Shown one piece after another: positions 23,774-36,611 of a DNA stretch of 64,000 nucleotides. Numbering within the stretch: position 1 is the first letter of the stretch; each line of letters begins with the position of its first letter. The notes below the pieces were generated by a model. It was given only the letters and a program-made list of their open reading frames with translations. It was not told where the DNA came from and did no database searches. The stretch lies in assembly GCA_030704615.1 (NCBI GenBank), contig CM060731.1:61318001-61382000 (forward strand). Direction: 5' to 3'. Origin of the DNA: Takakia lepidozioides. Its lineage: Eukaryota; Plantae; Bryophyta. Made by a program: the position numbers and the translations under genes.

Positions 23774-26700
23774 CCCCTTCAGAAACAATATTGCTACCTT
23801 GTGTCCGTTGTACCCGCATCCCTTGGAGAACAGACTGTATTCATTACAACAGATCGTCACTTTCACTACTGCTCCATTTGCACATCCTTAGATACTGAAC
23901 ACACGAAGGACAGGGTTAAACTAGCATCTTCACTAGCCTAACATGAATGGAAATAAAAAAAAACTAGGGCACTGGCAAGTCTTAGGTCTTGTCCATTCCA
24001 TGATAGGGGAGCACATTCGTATCAACAAGCCCAAACTAACTGCACCTGCATGGACCATGCTTCAGTACATGTAAACGAGCTCTATGAAAGCTTCTGGAGA
24101 AACCAAGAAGATACTCATTCCACCAAAAAATCTGTACTACACTCCGTCAATGTGAACCCATTGATCTGGGACTTGGTAAGGTTCTGTGTCACCAAATTAC
24201 AGTACTTTAATACGCCAACAAAGCTAGCCAAACCCTAGCACCAGCATTTCATAATGCTCTGTGAGAAACCCTGTGACCAGAACAATTACTCCTCTCATCG
24301 ATTGGTATGACTAGCCGGTGGGTATGACTAGAGTATTCTGGCAGGAAAGGTTCTGCTACTCTCTTGTCCTACCTGCAAATGGCACTCCAAGGGATTCTAG
24401 ATGATTTTGCACAAAGCACAATGCTTAGCTACTACTGAAATTTTGTCTGTAAACGAGGCCAGTTGGGGGGGGGCAGCAGCAGGGTACCCACAGTGGTGGG
24501 CCAACAACCTCACCTGACAGTAGCATGGCATGCATAACACTCCTCACCGAAGAAAGAACTGAGTGAGCTGATTGTTGCTGGGCCTCATCAGGTGAAATAG
24601 GCTAAGGAAATCCTCAAGGCACAGCCATACTGCATTTGCAGAAGCTGATGTACCATGTAAAAGAGTATAACTTGTTTGGGAGGACTTCGAGCAACTAGAA
24701 AGAAAATAAGTTGAATACTGCCAATTATTTCCAGGGTCCTGGTGAGTTAATACTAGATCTGCAGACTCGGAAAGAGGTCCCTTGACAAAATCTATGTAAG
24801 AGATTTCAGACAGCTGAAATGACAGGGTAGCACTGTAGAGGAGACAGTCGACCGGAATGGTATACAGACTAGATTACCTCTGCACCGATTATCCATACAA
24901 CCTCCAGCCCGCGTACTCACGCCTTAGAGATTCGTAACGATGACGCCCAACTCACTTGAACGTCTAACTGAGCTTCACACCCGAGCACCAGTTCTACAAC
25001 AACGTACCCCACGTTTGATTCGACCTGCTTGTTGCCAGCAGCTCTACTCTTAACTGCCTCGTTCACTGGCCCAAACATGGCCTTCCTTCTGACGTTATCA
25101 AGTGGAAGACCTCTGGGATCGCCAAATGAGCCAGGTCCAGAGCTCTCCTTGTCTAGTTCTGCGATTCGCCTCTTCCAAGCACCCAAAATCACATCCACCC
25201 TACAGATGCTCCACATTCCCCTTTCTTCCAGTCCCCAACGCAGGATCCTTTCTACTCATCTCACCTCAATTCAATCGTTCCTACTCCCTAAAGTCCAACA
25301 CTACAACGCTTTCCTTCCAGCTTCTGACTACCAAAAACAAACTCGGAATCGACTGGATGTGGCGGGAAGATTGCGAGGGAGCGGACGGCTGTGGGCCCAA
25401 GCTCGGCCAGCACACAGAGGGGGAACAGAGGAGCGATGGTGCGAAGCTGCCTCTCCTGCAGCGATGGCACGGGGTGCGAGAAGGACCCTCCTTCTCTTCT
25501 GCCCCCAACCCCGTCCTTCCTCCCTGACACTCCCCCCCCACACTTCCACCAACACTCCCTAAGTTACTCCCCAACACTCTCCCTCATTTCCCATTTACTA
25601 TTATGCCCACTAACCCAACCGAGTCCCTAGTCCCTACTAGCACACTGTGAGGGAAAAATTAGCCCAGCTTTTTTCGGTCAACTTGAAAGGGGACAGAGGA
25701 GAGGGAGAGGGCCGTTTGAAACTTTTCTCTCTGTGGAACTGAAGCCAAACATGAAATAAAGAGGGGGTGGAAAAAATAACCTTGGCTATCTTTACACTGC
25801 AAGAGAGGAGAGGCATTACTTACTAAGTTGGGCTCAGCTCCTTTTCCTAAAAAAACAGAAAAAAGGAGATGAGAGTTCCCCCAACAGTGCTGACTCTGCC
25901 TTAATTGTCATCATTGACTCTTCAGTGCTACATGTGCTACAGTAGGTTTTTTTTCTTTTTTGCCCCTAAGGGAGAGTTCGTGGGGGGCGACTGCCCTTGT
26001 TAAATACAGTGAGAGGAGAAAATTACCTCATTCGCATTTCAAAGAATCTTGCAATGACAAGGCTCACCATGGGACACCGGCCAAGGGAATGGGGGAGAAG
26101 ATTATATGATTCTTCCACATACAATAGAGCCCACCCCCAAAAGGGGGTAGTACCTGTGCGGAGGGGCGAAAGAAAACCTGTCCCTATCTCTCATCGTTCG
26201 GGAGGCTCTTATTTACGCTAACTTCGCTTGGGGTTATATTCGTTATATTGGTTGGTATATGGAGTATCTTTACGCCGACGAGTAGTTCAGCACGACCCGT
26301 CCGGTCCTGCTACGAAAGCAGGGCATTTGATGGCAATGCCATTAAATGTTTTTGAAGGTGATGGTCCGTAGTTTGGTCACAGGTGGGTTTTCACTTTACA
26401 CTTTTAGGGGCCTAGATACACACATCTTGGCCCAGCAGTGAAAGCTTGGCTAGGCCTAAGGTAGCAGGATTTGAGCCTGTTTTCCCCCATGCCACACGGC
26501 CCTTAATTCTTTTTTTTCAATAAGAGGGGATAGAAGACTTCAAATTTTATTTATGCGGGAAAAAAAAAAAAATGTCAGTTTTAAAAAATGACAATGTAAG
26601 TGATTTTTATTTGTTAGCGAAACGGGTTGATTTACTGCTGTTTGACAGCTTGCAATTCAGGAGAGAAAATGGCTGAAAAAAGTCAATTTCCAGTTGGTGA

Positions 26701-28429
26701 ATGAGGTGACCTGAGCAGGAATGAAAGGACCCAACATTGTGATAGTGAGCACGTCCTCTCAGTGGGCACCACTGTGGGGAATTGTTAGTTATTTTGTTAG
26801 TTATATTTGTTTATCCTCTTAAATAGATGGATCAACAAATAATCTAAAAGTTGGACTGCCATTATGTTCCCAGTCAACAGAATCAAACCTTGTGTACCTA
26901 TGTATGGAAAGACTACAAGCTTAGAAGGAAATTAAAAATTAAAATCATTACTTGCCATATATATATGTGTGTGTGTGGTTGCCACTTACAAACACCGGTT
27001 GGCATCGTATATCATACATGTGGTTGCCACCGTTGGAATAACAACAAACAAGGTCTTCCAGCCCAATGGAAACTGAGGATATTGGTGGCCGGGAAGCTTT
27101 CTTCTTGGGAGCTTCATCTCACAGGTACTTAGTAAGAGGGAGAGTTCCTGCCCTACCAGGGCGGGAGCCTATTTGAAAATCAGGGAATATGTGCGGACGG
27201 GAATTTTACAATGAGGAATCTAGTATTCTATCCTATGGTTCCACCGTCCCAGACATGGAAGACAAGAAGGTACTGAAATTTGCAATTTTTATGGTTTTTG
27301 TTTTTTTTTAAGGAAACAGGGGACAGTGGCCCTGAGCACAACTTTATTTAGAATTATTGAGGGGGAATGTCAACCTAGTTTTTGAGGCATAGATAGGCTA
27401 CTGCTGGGTCATTTGGTAATTTGCTGTATTTAAATAGGCTGAGGTGTGCCTAGACTTTAGGCTCAATCCACGTAAGCACTGCCAAAAAATGTTTTGTTTG
27501 TATTTACCGTGCCGTTAAAAAGCAGAATTCATCAGGGTGCATTCCACCTGGCGGAATGCACCCCATCAGCTCCATCGAGTGCATTCCGAAATGCAGAATG
27601 CACCGGCCATCAGATTTTTTTTTCATACAATTTTTTGGCATTTCTTTACGCAGGGTAACGCCCCTTGTGTGGGGCATTCCCGGATTTTCAGGCCTTCCCC
27701 TAGGGCGGTATGCTGGGGCTACCGCCCTCGGCGTCAGGCCCTTAAATCAGGGAATACCCTCTACTCAGGGCATTACCCTATCATAGTCTTTAGCCTGATA
27801 ACCAGTTTAGATCACCGACTTATAAACTTTAGTTACCAATGGAACAAGATATTTAGGCAATTCTGTTGACGTTGAAAACCTGAACGGAAAGGGCCACCCG
27901 CCAGCCCATACTGGTTGAAATCCTATTTGTGGAATTGACATTAAAAACTGAGCACCGTGAAAATCATCCTTTTAAAGAAAATGTATTAAGTAGTAAAACG
28001 TTTTTCATGAATTTAATTTCATTATAAAATTTCATATTTACAAATAAATATATTCATTAAATTATTATTGAAAACCAGCATTCGAATTCCGACCTTGAAG
28101 TGAGATCACTTTTCATGACATACTTTTATAAACTATATTAGAGTCTGAAGTGGAAAAAATAAAAAATAAAAATAACGGGGGTGACCAGTGTCCCCTCTTT
28201 TCAAATCTTCACAGGGAAATATACTTCTTGGGTTCATCCGTCATCCATGGTGGTGTGTGCTTCATGGCCCCTTGGGTTTTTTTTTTGTAACCTGTTATTT
28301 GTAATATATATATATTATATATATAGAGGAGGGCCACTGTTCCCTCTTATGTGATATACTATATAGGGAACACAAATCAGACCCCTTAATTATAGCAATG
28401 AGAATATAACCTCTCGTCGAGCACAAAGG

Positions 28430-29240
28430 CTCAAATAATAATAAATAATAATATACACATATAATATATGATGGTTCAGGTTCCAAATATTTTTTTCTGA
28501 GGGGGCCTGCTTGCAGAGCCTACGAAAGGGAGCTAGAAGAAACCAAATAAATTGTATACCCCTTACCCTCCTTATATAGTCTCTCCAGGTGGTGGTGGAG
28601 CCTTCTAGAAGGGGGCCCACCACCTCATCCCATGCCCTATAAAAAAAAACCGTTGCATGCAGCCCTACCTGCAAGCCCATTGGCCGCTCCAACCACGTAA
28701 CAGTACAGGTGTCCACATCCACTCGACCCACTTTGTTCCTCTCCAAGCCTCCCGCGGCCCCATGCTATTGGCTGTTCCCACAGTGTATGGTCTTTCTGAC
28801 CTTCCGAAACTGACCAAATGAGTTTGGGTACCTATCTATGGAAGGGGGGCTTATTCATCATTTGCTCTGCTAATAAATAAATATATTATGACATGGTTTG
28901 CGTTTTTTTTGGGGCCTGCGTCTGCAGAGCCCACTACTTACTAGCTTAGTAAGTAGTAAGTTAGTATGTAGTAAGAGGCAAGGGCCTCTCTTTTTTATAT
29001 ACCCTCATAAGGCGGTGGGACCCTTCTAGAAGGTTGCCCTGTGACACATGTCACCCCTAGACCACCACGTGATACCTTTTTATCCCAACTTCGCGGATGA
29101 ACCATCCCCAATTTAATAGCTCTCGCCTTCCTGCCTTCTTTAATCTGGGCGGTTATTCATCATTACCTCTACTTCTATTAATTTATTATGTCATGGTTTG
29201 CATTTTTTTGGGGCCCCTGCCTTTGCAGAGCCCACAAAAA
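28430..29240. repeat. Degenerate tandem repeat, about 300-420 bp unit, about 2.5 copies
   Basis: Recurring ATGGTT...TTTTTT..GGGGCC..C.TGCAGAGCC at about 28470-28520, 28893-28933 and 29194-29235. CCTTCTAGAAGG palindrome at about 28601 and 29022. Confidence 0.6.
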
Positions 29241-29849
29241 GACGAAACCGCGATTTGCGACGCCCGGGCGTCGCGGAAAAAAAAACAAAAAAAAACAAAC
29301 AAAAAAACCTACTCTACAAAGCAGAATTAGCACCGTCCGGGGGTCGCAAAGTGTGACGCCCGGACGTCGCAATTTAAGGGGGTACATTTGAATTTAGGCG
29401 GGAAAATTTGAATTTCAAAAACTTGTTGACCATTGACTCCGGTTCTGTCTAATGGCGATATATTCATTGTTCTACATATATCATGCAATGCATACTTGAA
29501 CCTAAAACCTCCACGTCATAACATTTCTAAGACACTACACACTAACCAACACACCTACGCTACATCTATGTATCACAAAAGCAATATATGTATATATATA
29601 TAAAGGGGTCCATCTTGTGACGCCAAAGAGTTGCAACCTCCACAGCCTTAGTGCCCAGCCCCAGCCCCAGCGTCGTCGCCATTGTTGCACCCCCCCACCG
29701 CGACGCGACCCAAGCGACGTCCTTGTGATGACCTAAGGTGACTACAACACCATTGCGACCCCTATGGCGACGCCGTTGCGACCCCTGGCGTCGCAGGCTC
29801 AGTGCCGCGCGGGGCGTGGGGACGCGGCTGGCGTCGCAAACCCCCCTCA

Positions 29850-31991
29850 TTTGATGTAGTGCATCTTCATTGTCGTCGAGCTTTACCAGCTCCGTGACTG
29901 CTCCAATTTTGTTGTCAATAGACATCCGCATCTCCCTGCCTGTAAGCACTTCGAATGGTGAGCAGTGGGTTGAAGCTTGGATTCCGAATCTGTAGCCAAA
30001 TGTTGAGCGATATAAGTCACGATCCCACTCACAACCTGTCTCTCCTCCTAGTGTTACTATGCTTTGTTTGAGCGTCTTGATGAGCCTTTCTGCCATGCCA
30101 TTGCACTGCGACCAGTAGGGTGCCGTACTCATGCTTGATGCCAAATCGCTCGCATACCTCTTTGAATTCGTCACTCACTCCCTTGATCTGTCAACTCTGC
30201 GCGAGGTATCCCATATCTGTAAATGACCTGCTCCTCAAGAAATATGGCCGCCATTGCAGCTGTGTGTTCTACCACTGGTGCAACCTCCACCCATTTGGAG
30301 AAATGGTCCACCGCAATGAGTGCATAGTGGTTCCCTTCCTTAGTCTTGGGTAATGGTCCTGCAGTATCCATTGCAATCTTATAGAAGAGGTCCTTGATAG
30401 GAATGCTTCAAAGTTTGTTTCCCCCAGATCTTAACGGACCTGAAACCCTAGCTGCCTGACATCGTTTGCAGGTTTGTAACACCTCCCATATTTGTCTAGT
30501 CCTGTTGTGCCAAAAGAACCTCTAGCAGATTTCAGCTTGCACACGTTTAACCCTAAAGTGTCTCATCTCTCGATGCATGCGGCGAATGAGCTCCTCTCTC
30601 TCTTTTGGTATTGGCACAATCAACCCTCGGTACAGAAGTATTTTTTCCTTCCATTGGTAATGGTAAGCATGCTTCTTCACCCTCTTTTGTTCTTCCCAAG
30701 TGAGATAATCATTGACCTCCGCAAATGTGAGCAAGTGCATTCCCCACCAGACTTTGTCCCTCTGGCTCCGTTTCTATCCTTACCCTGGTCTGCACCACTC
30801 CAACAAAAGGCAGATCTTCGCTTGCTTGTTTCTCACCATATGGTCGTTTTGGCAGGGTCTTCCACAATCTCTCTTCCCTTTCAATTGACCAGTCATCAAT
30901 CTTGCTCTTCCCGCCTTTTCCCTCTTCATCAGTGAAGTACTCGCACTCCCTTCCTCTTTCTTCACGTTCACGTCCTTCAGGTGGTTTCTTCTCTATTGCT
31001 GCCTTCATTTGCTGCATTGCCAAGTGCTTCCTTGTGTGGGTCTGATTTTCCCATGCCCAATAGTTGGAATAATTCCATGTATTGGAAAAAACTCCATCTG
31101 ATCTGCATTTTCCATCCGCTGAAGTGCCTGCCACAGGTTGTTTTTTTGTGGGACAGGTTCCCCTCCTTCTCTTAGTGTCATCTTTTTCTCGCACATGTTT
31201 CTAGCCTGGCCCTTGGCATCCTTGCTCCCTTTGGCTTCTGCCCCCTCATGCTTTGCCTTCCCCACTGTCCATTGCAACTCAGTTCTTGACTGTACGTCCC
31301 CAGCAAAGGGCAATTCTTCATGTGGTGGAATTCTGCTCATAAGAAGTTCATATCGTGGGCTCTTTTGCAGAAATTCCACCTATGTTCTTCATCAGGGATG
31401 CCTCGGCGTGAGCCTGGTCGCGTGAGCGCATGAGCGCAACTGCGCTCACGCCACGTCACCTTGCGCCAATGCCACATCACGGGGCTTACTCCACGTCATC
31501 ACACTTGAAGACCGCGTCACCACGCGCCCAGGAAGAAGTGAAGTGTATTCCCGCGGATTGGCACCCTTTACCGCGGAAACAAGCTGGACGACATAATAAA
31601 AGGCAGTGGTCATTCCCACCTGAAAGCAACAGATGAATAAAGGATGGATGAATGTACAGTTAGATGATAAACAGATGGATGAGTGTGAAAAGAATATAGA
31701 TGGATGAATGAGGGATGGATAAGAGTCAAATGGATGAATGTATAATGGATGTTGAGCAATGACAAACATTCATGACAGGAAGATGCATGACTAAAACTTT
31801 AGACGAATGCACAACGTATATGACATGAGTGTGGAAGGTTTGTGGGGTGGATTAAAGAGTACAGAGGATGAATGTACAATGGATGTTGAACAAAGGAAAA
31901 CATTCATGAATGGAGCACGCATGAATACACTGTAGATGAAAGCACAATGGATATGACAAGAGTGAGGGAGGTTTGTGAGATGGATTCATAC
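29850..31991 (-). mobile_element. Gypsy-type integrase element remnant with no RT/RNase H between its 5' repeat region and the integrase
   Basis: Zn finger (MHREMRHF...CKRCQ) and rve core (DTAGPLPKTKEGNHYALIAVDHFSKW, TDQGSE, QCNGMAERLIKTLK). Upstream are charged ORFs with a repeated LPF.G..Q.R motif, then GCTCACG motifs and a (GGAT)-rich region at 31630-31990. Confidence 0.8.
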
Positions 31992-34429
31992 ATATTGCAA
32001 TTTAAATGGTAGTTGATTCTTTGATTATTTTTCTTCCAAAGGAACAACTACGGTGGAGGAAGGGGATTCAACGTTTTCCAAAGAGGATGAAACAGAATAG
32101 TAAAAGAACATAGTTCAGTCTGACTCAGAGTCAGTACAATGTATCCCCACTTCCTCTGCATCTAAGTCTAAGTATTTAAGAACTCCGGATCTACGCTGGC
32201 TACACCTACAGCCGGGCAGTAAAAATTCAGGGGATAGGGACTCGGCCGCGTGAAGTGCCATTGCTTCGGCATAATCAGGAAGCAGAAAATTGGAAAGGGG
32301 GCTGTCAAAAACAGACTCGCCACAAATGACTGTATCTCCTGAAGATCCACCGCTGCCTTTCCTAAAAGACAGCCTGAAAAAGTTATTACTGTAACTTTGA
32401 TGTTATTGAGAAATTGAGTATGACTCCCAAAGTGGGTTTAGCACTTACTCACATGAAAAGTCGTTGTCGACCTGCTTATCTTCGGGATCATCATCATTTC
32501 AAATTTGAATCCGATCAGTCTGTGTGCCTGAAGTGGAGCCAGACAAAGGGGAGGAGCACTGTGTTGTAGAGGTCAGAATCACCCTCCATGCAAAAAGGCT
32601 TCTTCCGCTTGCCCTTGCATGCATGGTAAGTTGCTCCTGCACCAGACAGGAGGACATGAACAGTTTGGTGGGGGGGATTTAAGCAGATGGAACTGGTGAA
32701 AGAAAATCAATTTGGAAGGGAGAGAACGAACCTGTGGACACAGAAAGATCGACCACCGTGCAGAGTGGTGGCTGCATGACTCCAGCAGTATTTGCATGAA
32801 CGCTGGGGATTTTTCCTTTGCACCTCTCCAGGGAGTGCCATTTGGTCTCTTCAGAGTCTGACTGGACTGCATGAAGTTGTACAAAATGTCATCGACATGC
32901 GGCTCATAGGGGGGGTTGACGAAACAACCCTGGTCAGAAATCTCAAAGCTGCGGAGGAGGATGGTGTCTTGGAGGTGCGAATCCTCCGCAAGCAGATCGC
33001 TCGAACATCCTCGTCTGCCAAAGATAACAGGTTAGTGTGATAAACACAATCTATAGTGGAAGTGTGTACATCGGCTATTCAGAACTCAGGCACAAAACAA
33101 TCATTTTTATCACGAATCGGTGATGATCGGTGTCAATCATGACAGATTCTTCTAGAGTGGAGCTGCAGAGAACATTGAAAACTCATCATGAAAGCACAAG
33201 CAGAAGGGAGACGGCATACCAGCTGACCAAGGAAACCCCCTTTCACAAGGTAGAGGCTGTTTGTTCACACAATTCCATGTGCGCAAACTTCAAACCCTAA
33301 AGACTTCAGGTATGATGCCAATGCCCGACGACTATCTTTGTCACATGACTGAAAAAGCAGAAGTGTCCCTGCATCAGAGAGGAAATTATTTACAGAACCC
33401 GAACACCCAACTCCAGTAGTTGTCCTCGAATTTGTTCCAGCCTAGCGTCTGCCCTTGGGAAGAACTTCTGGCACAGCCTGGCCATCCGGGATGTCGAGAA
33501 TGACAATTCAGCCGCATATGTTTTCTGCACACCGCACACGAAGTGGGACCTGTGCTCACCTGCAACAGACATGTTTTTTTTTAAGAACGATGCAAGAATG
33601 CTTTCAAAGAACCAGACTGAAATACTGCCAATGAAACTTTCAGAGAAAAAGGAAAGAAACTGGAATTCTCACCAGATTGAGGAATGAGATTATGTTGTCC
33701 CAGGTAGGCGAAGGCACCCCAGTATATCCTCTCTTTCGACTCTGCATCATCGACAGCCAACCCTCATTGACAATTTTAATCTCTCCTGCCGAATCAGAAC
33801 GGGAAGGGTGTGGCTTGGCATCAAACACGCACTGAACTGTGCGGGTATATCTTCCAGCAATGAAGTCCTGCCCACTCTCCATCTCCTTTTCTTTCTCCTT
33901 CCCCTTGTCCTTTTCCTTCTCTTTGGACTTGTCTTTGTCCTTTGGCTTTGCTGGTGAGATGGCTATGACATCAAGAGCCTTGTCTTTTGGTTTGCGGCCC
34001 GCCTTCTTTCCCTTCTGCGGCGTTCCCTGAGCATCAGGCTCCTTGGCAGCCAATGTTGCTATGTTTCTTTAGTTCTCTTCGTCAGTCAGAGGCGCCAGCA
34101 TCTCAGCATTATTGTTCAAATATTTCATATGCTGTTCTTGAAAGGTCGTGTGCTCCAGTGGGCAGTCAAGGTACCAGCCACAGTCTCTGAAGTGAGAAGG
34201 ACTCCAGTCCTTCAATATCCCTGCAGTATACATGGTTGGATCGTTTGCAGGGTCCGACCACATGTCAAGATAGTCTGGAATACCGCTCAGGTGATTTCCT
34301 TCCATAAGCACATATTTCGTGTACCTGTTAAACAGGAGATAAATCCCAACCCACCAAAGCGCAAAGTGAGTAAGATGCAAGTAGCACAGAATGAAAAAAA
34401 CATGGAATGAAATGGCTCTGAGAACTGCT

Positions 34430-35230
34430 CCAAGGACCTTTCAGGACCACACGACAGCTCCGGATGTGAATGTCGTCAACGCCATTCAAAACATTCCATT
34501 CAATGATACTGTAAATACACCCTAATCCACGTGAATGCAAACTCTCGCTTTGGAATGACACAGACATAGAAGTGAATGTCGTCAACGACATTCACTTGGA
34601 TTTGTGAATACACTGCTAATCAAGCCTAATGATTTCTCAAAAGAGGCAAAATCATTGGATGGAAATCAGAAACTCGACTAAGGAACCCTCCCCAAAAACT
34701 CAATGGACATTCATAACGAACATAACACTGAGGACCTCATAATAACACTGGATGTGAATGGCGTCAACGCCATTCACAAAATTACGAACAAGGAACCAAT
34801 TAATTAGCTCCCAATCCATGTAAATTCAAATTGTCGCTGGTGAATGACACAGACATAGAAGTGAATGTCGTCAACGACATTCACTTTGGATCTCTGATAA
34901 CACAGCTAATCAAGCCTCAAGATTTCTTGCAAGAGGCAAAAGCAATGCAGAACAACTGAATGTCTGCATTGACATTCAGCAAACTGAAGTGAAGAACCCT
35001 CACTGTAAACTCTATGGACATTACAAAAACTTACATAACTCTGAGGACCTCTCAACAACTCTGGATGTGAATGTCGTCAACGCCATTCAGGGACATTATC
35101 AATTCTAATCAGGGACACTATAATTACACCTTAAGCTCATAATCCACGTGAATTCAAATTCTCGCTTAAGAATGACTCAGACAAAGAAGTGAATGTCGTC
35201 AACGACATTCAATTTGGATCTATGATTACT
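34430..35230. repeat. Intronic tandem repeat (about 300 bp x 3), each unit with two 24-bp palindromes GTGAATGTCGT-CA-ACGACATTCAC
   Basis: Palindrome copies start at 34466, 34572, 34754, 34861, 35067 and 35189. Confidence 0.93.
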
Positions 35231-36611
35231 ATCCTTATGAAGCCAAATTATTTCCCAAAAAGTGCAGTAGAGTTTCCAGTATGATATTGCACCTGTACAC
35301 AACTCGCATCATGGCCCACTCTCCTCCGACCTGACTGTCAAAGTCGTTGGACCGTAAAATGTTACCATCTTTGGAGAACTCCCGGAAAAAACAGTATCTC
35401 CAGGTGAGACCTCTCCACTTCCTTATGTATGCCTCCAATGACATTTGGGGAGGGGAAACAATCGAAATGTTCAAGTCATTCAAAGTCTGATCCAGCACAA
35501 TGACGACGCGCTTTTCGAGCTGCAAATTGTATATTTGTCAGTATTTCAAATAAGATACTCATTACATAATTGAAGAAAAGAAAACGGCTTATTTGAATAC
35601 ACACCTGACTCCAAAATGTAGCCTTGTGGAGCCAGTTATCAAACACCAAATCACTGATTCCTTCCACCTTTGTGCCAGGCTGTATGGTGCTCTTTGGGAA
35701 CTGATTCAAGTCCTTTACTGTCTGATCTGCGTTCCATATCTCCAGCCACCTTATTTTTGTTTGTGGGTCGACCATGGATATGGCCAGCCGGTGCAATTTC
35801 TCCTGCTGCATCTTCGGATGCACATGCTTGTCATAGTGAGATTTGATCTGCTGAAGGAACTCAGAACCAAGTCCAGGATCTATTATTCTAAGCTGCTTTC
35901 CGAAGGCGGACATCAATTTGGTTCTTCGCATTTCAAACTCCTTTTTTATTGCTGCTTCCACACCCTTTGATGTCCTTAGTTCCTCTGGTGTAGTGCGGTA
36001 ATATTCGGATTTTCCCTTCTCAGCTGCCTCTGCCAGTTCTTGCTGCATTGATTCAAATAGTGATTAGCACCAAAAGGACTACAAACATGTATTCGAAAAG
36101 TAAACTGAGTACAGACTCGGGCTTACCGCATACATATACTCCATAAACGTCTCTCGAGTCAAAGAATACCAAGTGCCTGCAGCTCTTCTTGTTTCGCACT
36201 TCTTGATTATATTGGGGGGGAGTACTGTCCGAAAATCATCCAGCTTCATCAGACCAATCCTCTGAATTCGGAATACTGTGTGGACCAAGCTTGTTGTCAC
36301 ATGCGATTTCTCTGTCGATCTGCAAAAACATTGGAAACATTGCATTCCTTAACACTGGTTTTTTTGGGATTAACAAGACACTACAGAGGGAATGAAATCT
36401 CTAGGATGACTTACTTGTTCACGTCGTGCATAGCTGTAAGAAGCCTAGCGATGTAGATCCAAAACCATTGCCTCCACAACAACATGCTTGTCTTTGTCTT
36501 TCGCATGGTGTTTCTGGATGTATCCCATCCATGCCAGCAATCAGTGGTTGCCGTCCCAGACGTAGAACATGTGGTTGCAGAATTGCTGGGTGTTCTTTCC
36601 CATCATGAGGC

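Noticed and set aside
24917-25630. Overlapping ORFs upstream of the ARM/TPR gene
   Set aside because: No domain is recognisable. The region is better explained as GC-rich 5' UTR/promoter of the ARM/TPR gene, with a donor-like GTGAGT on the minus strand at about 24920.
32905-32920. NPPY as the catalytic motif IV of the methyltransferase
   Set aside because: It lies just before the motif X/I-like block, in the variable region expected for beta-class order. IVILDIPDG has the better strand context. Treated as probably coincidental pending a family alignment.
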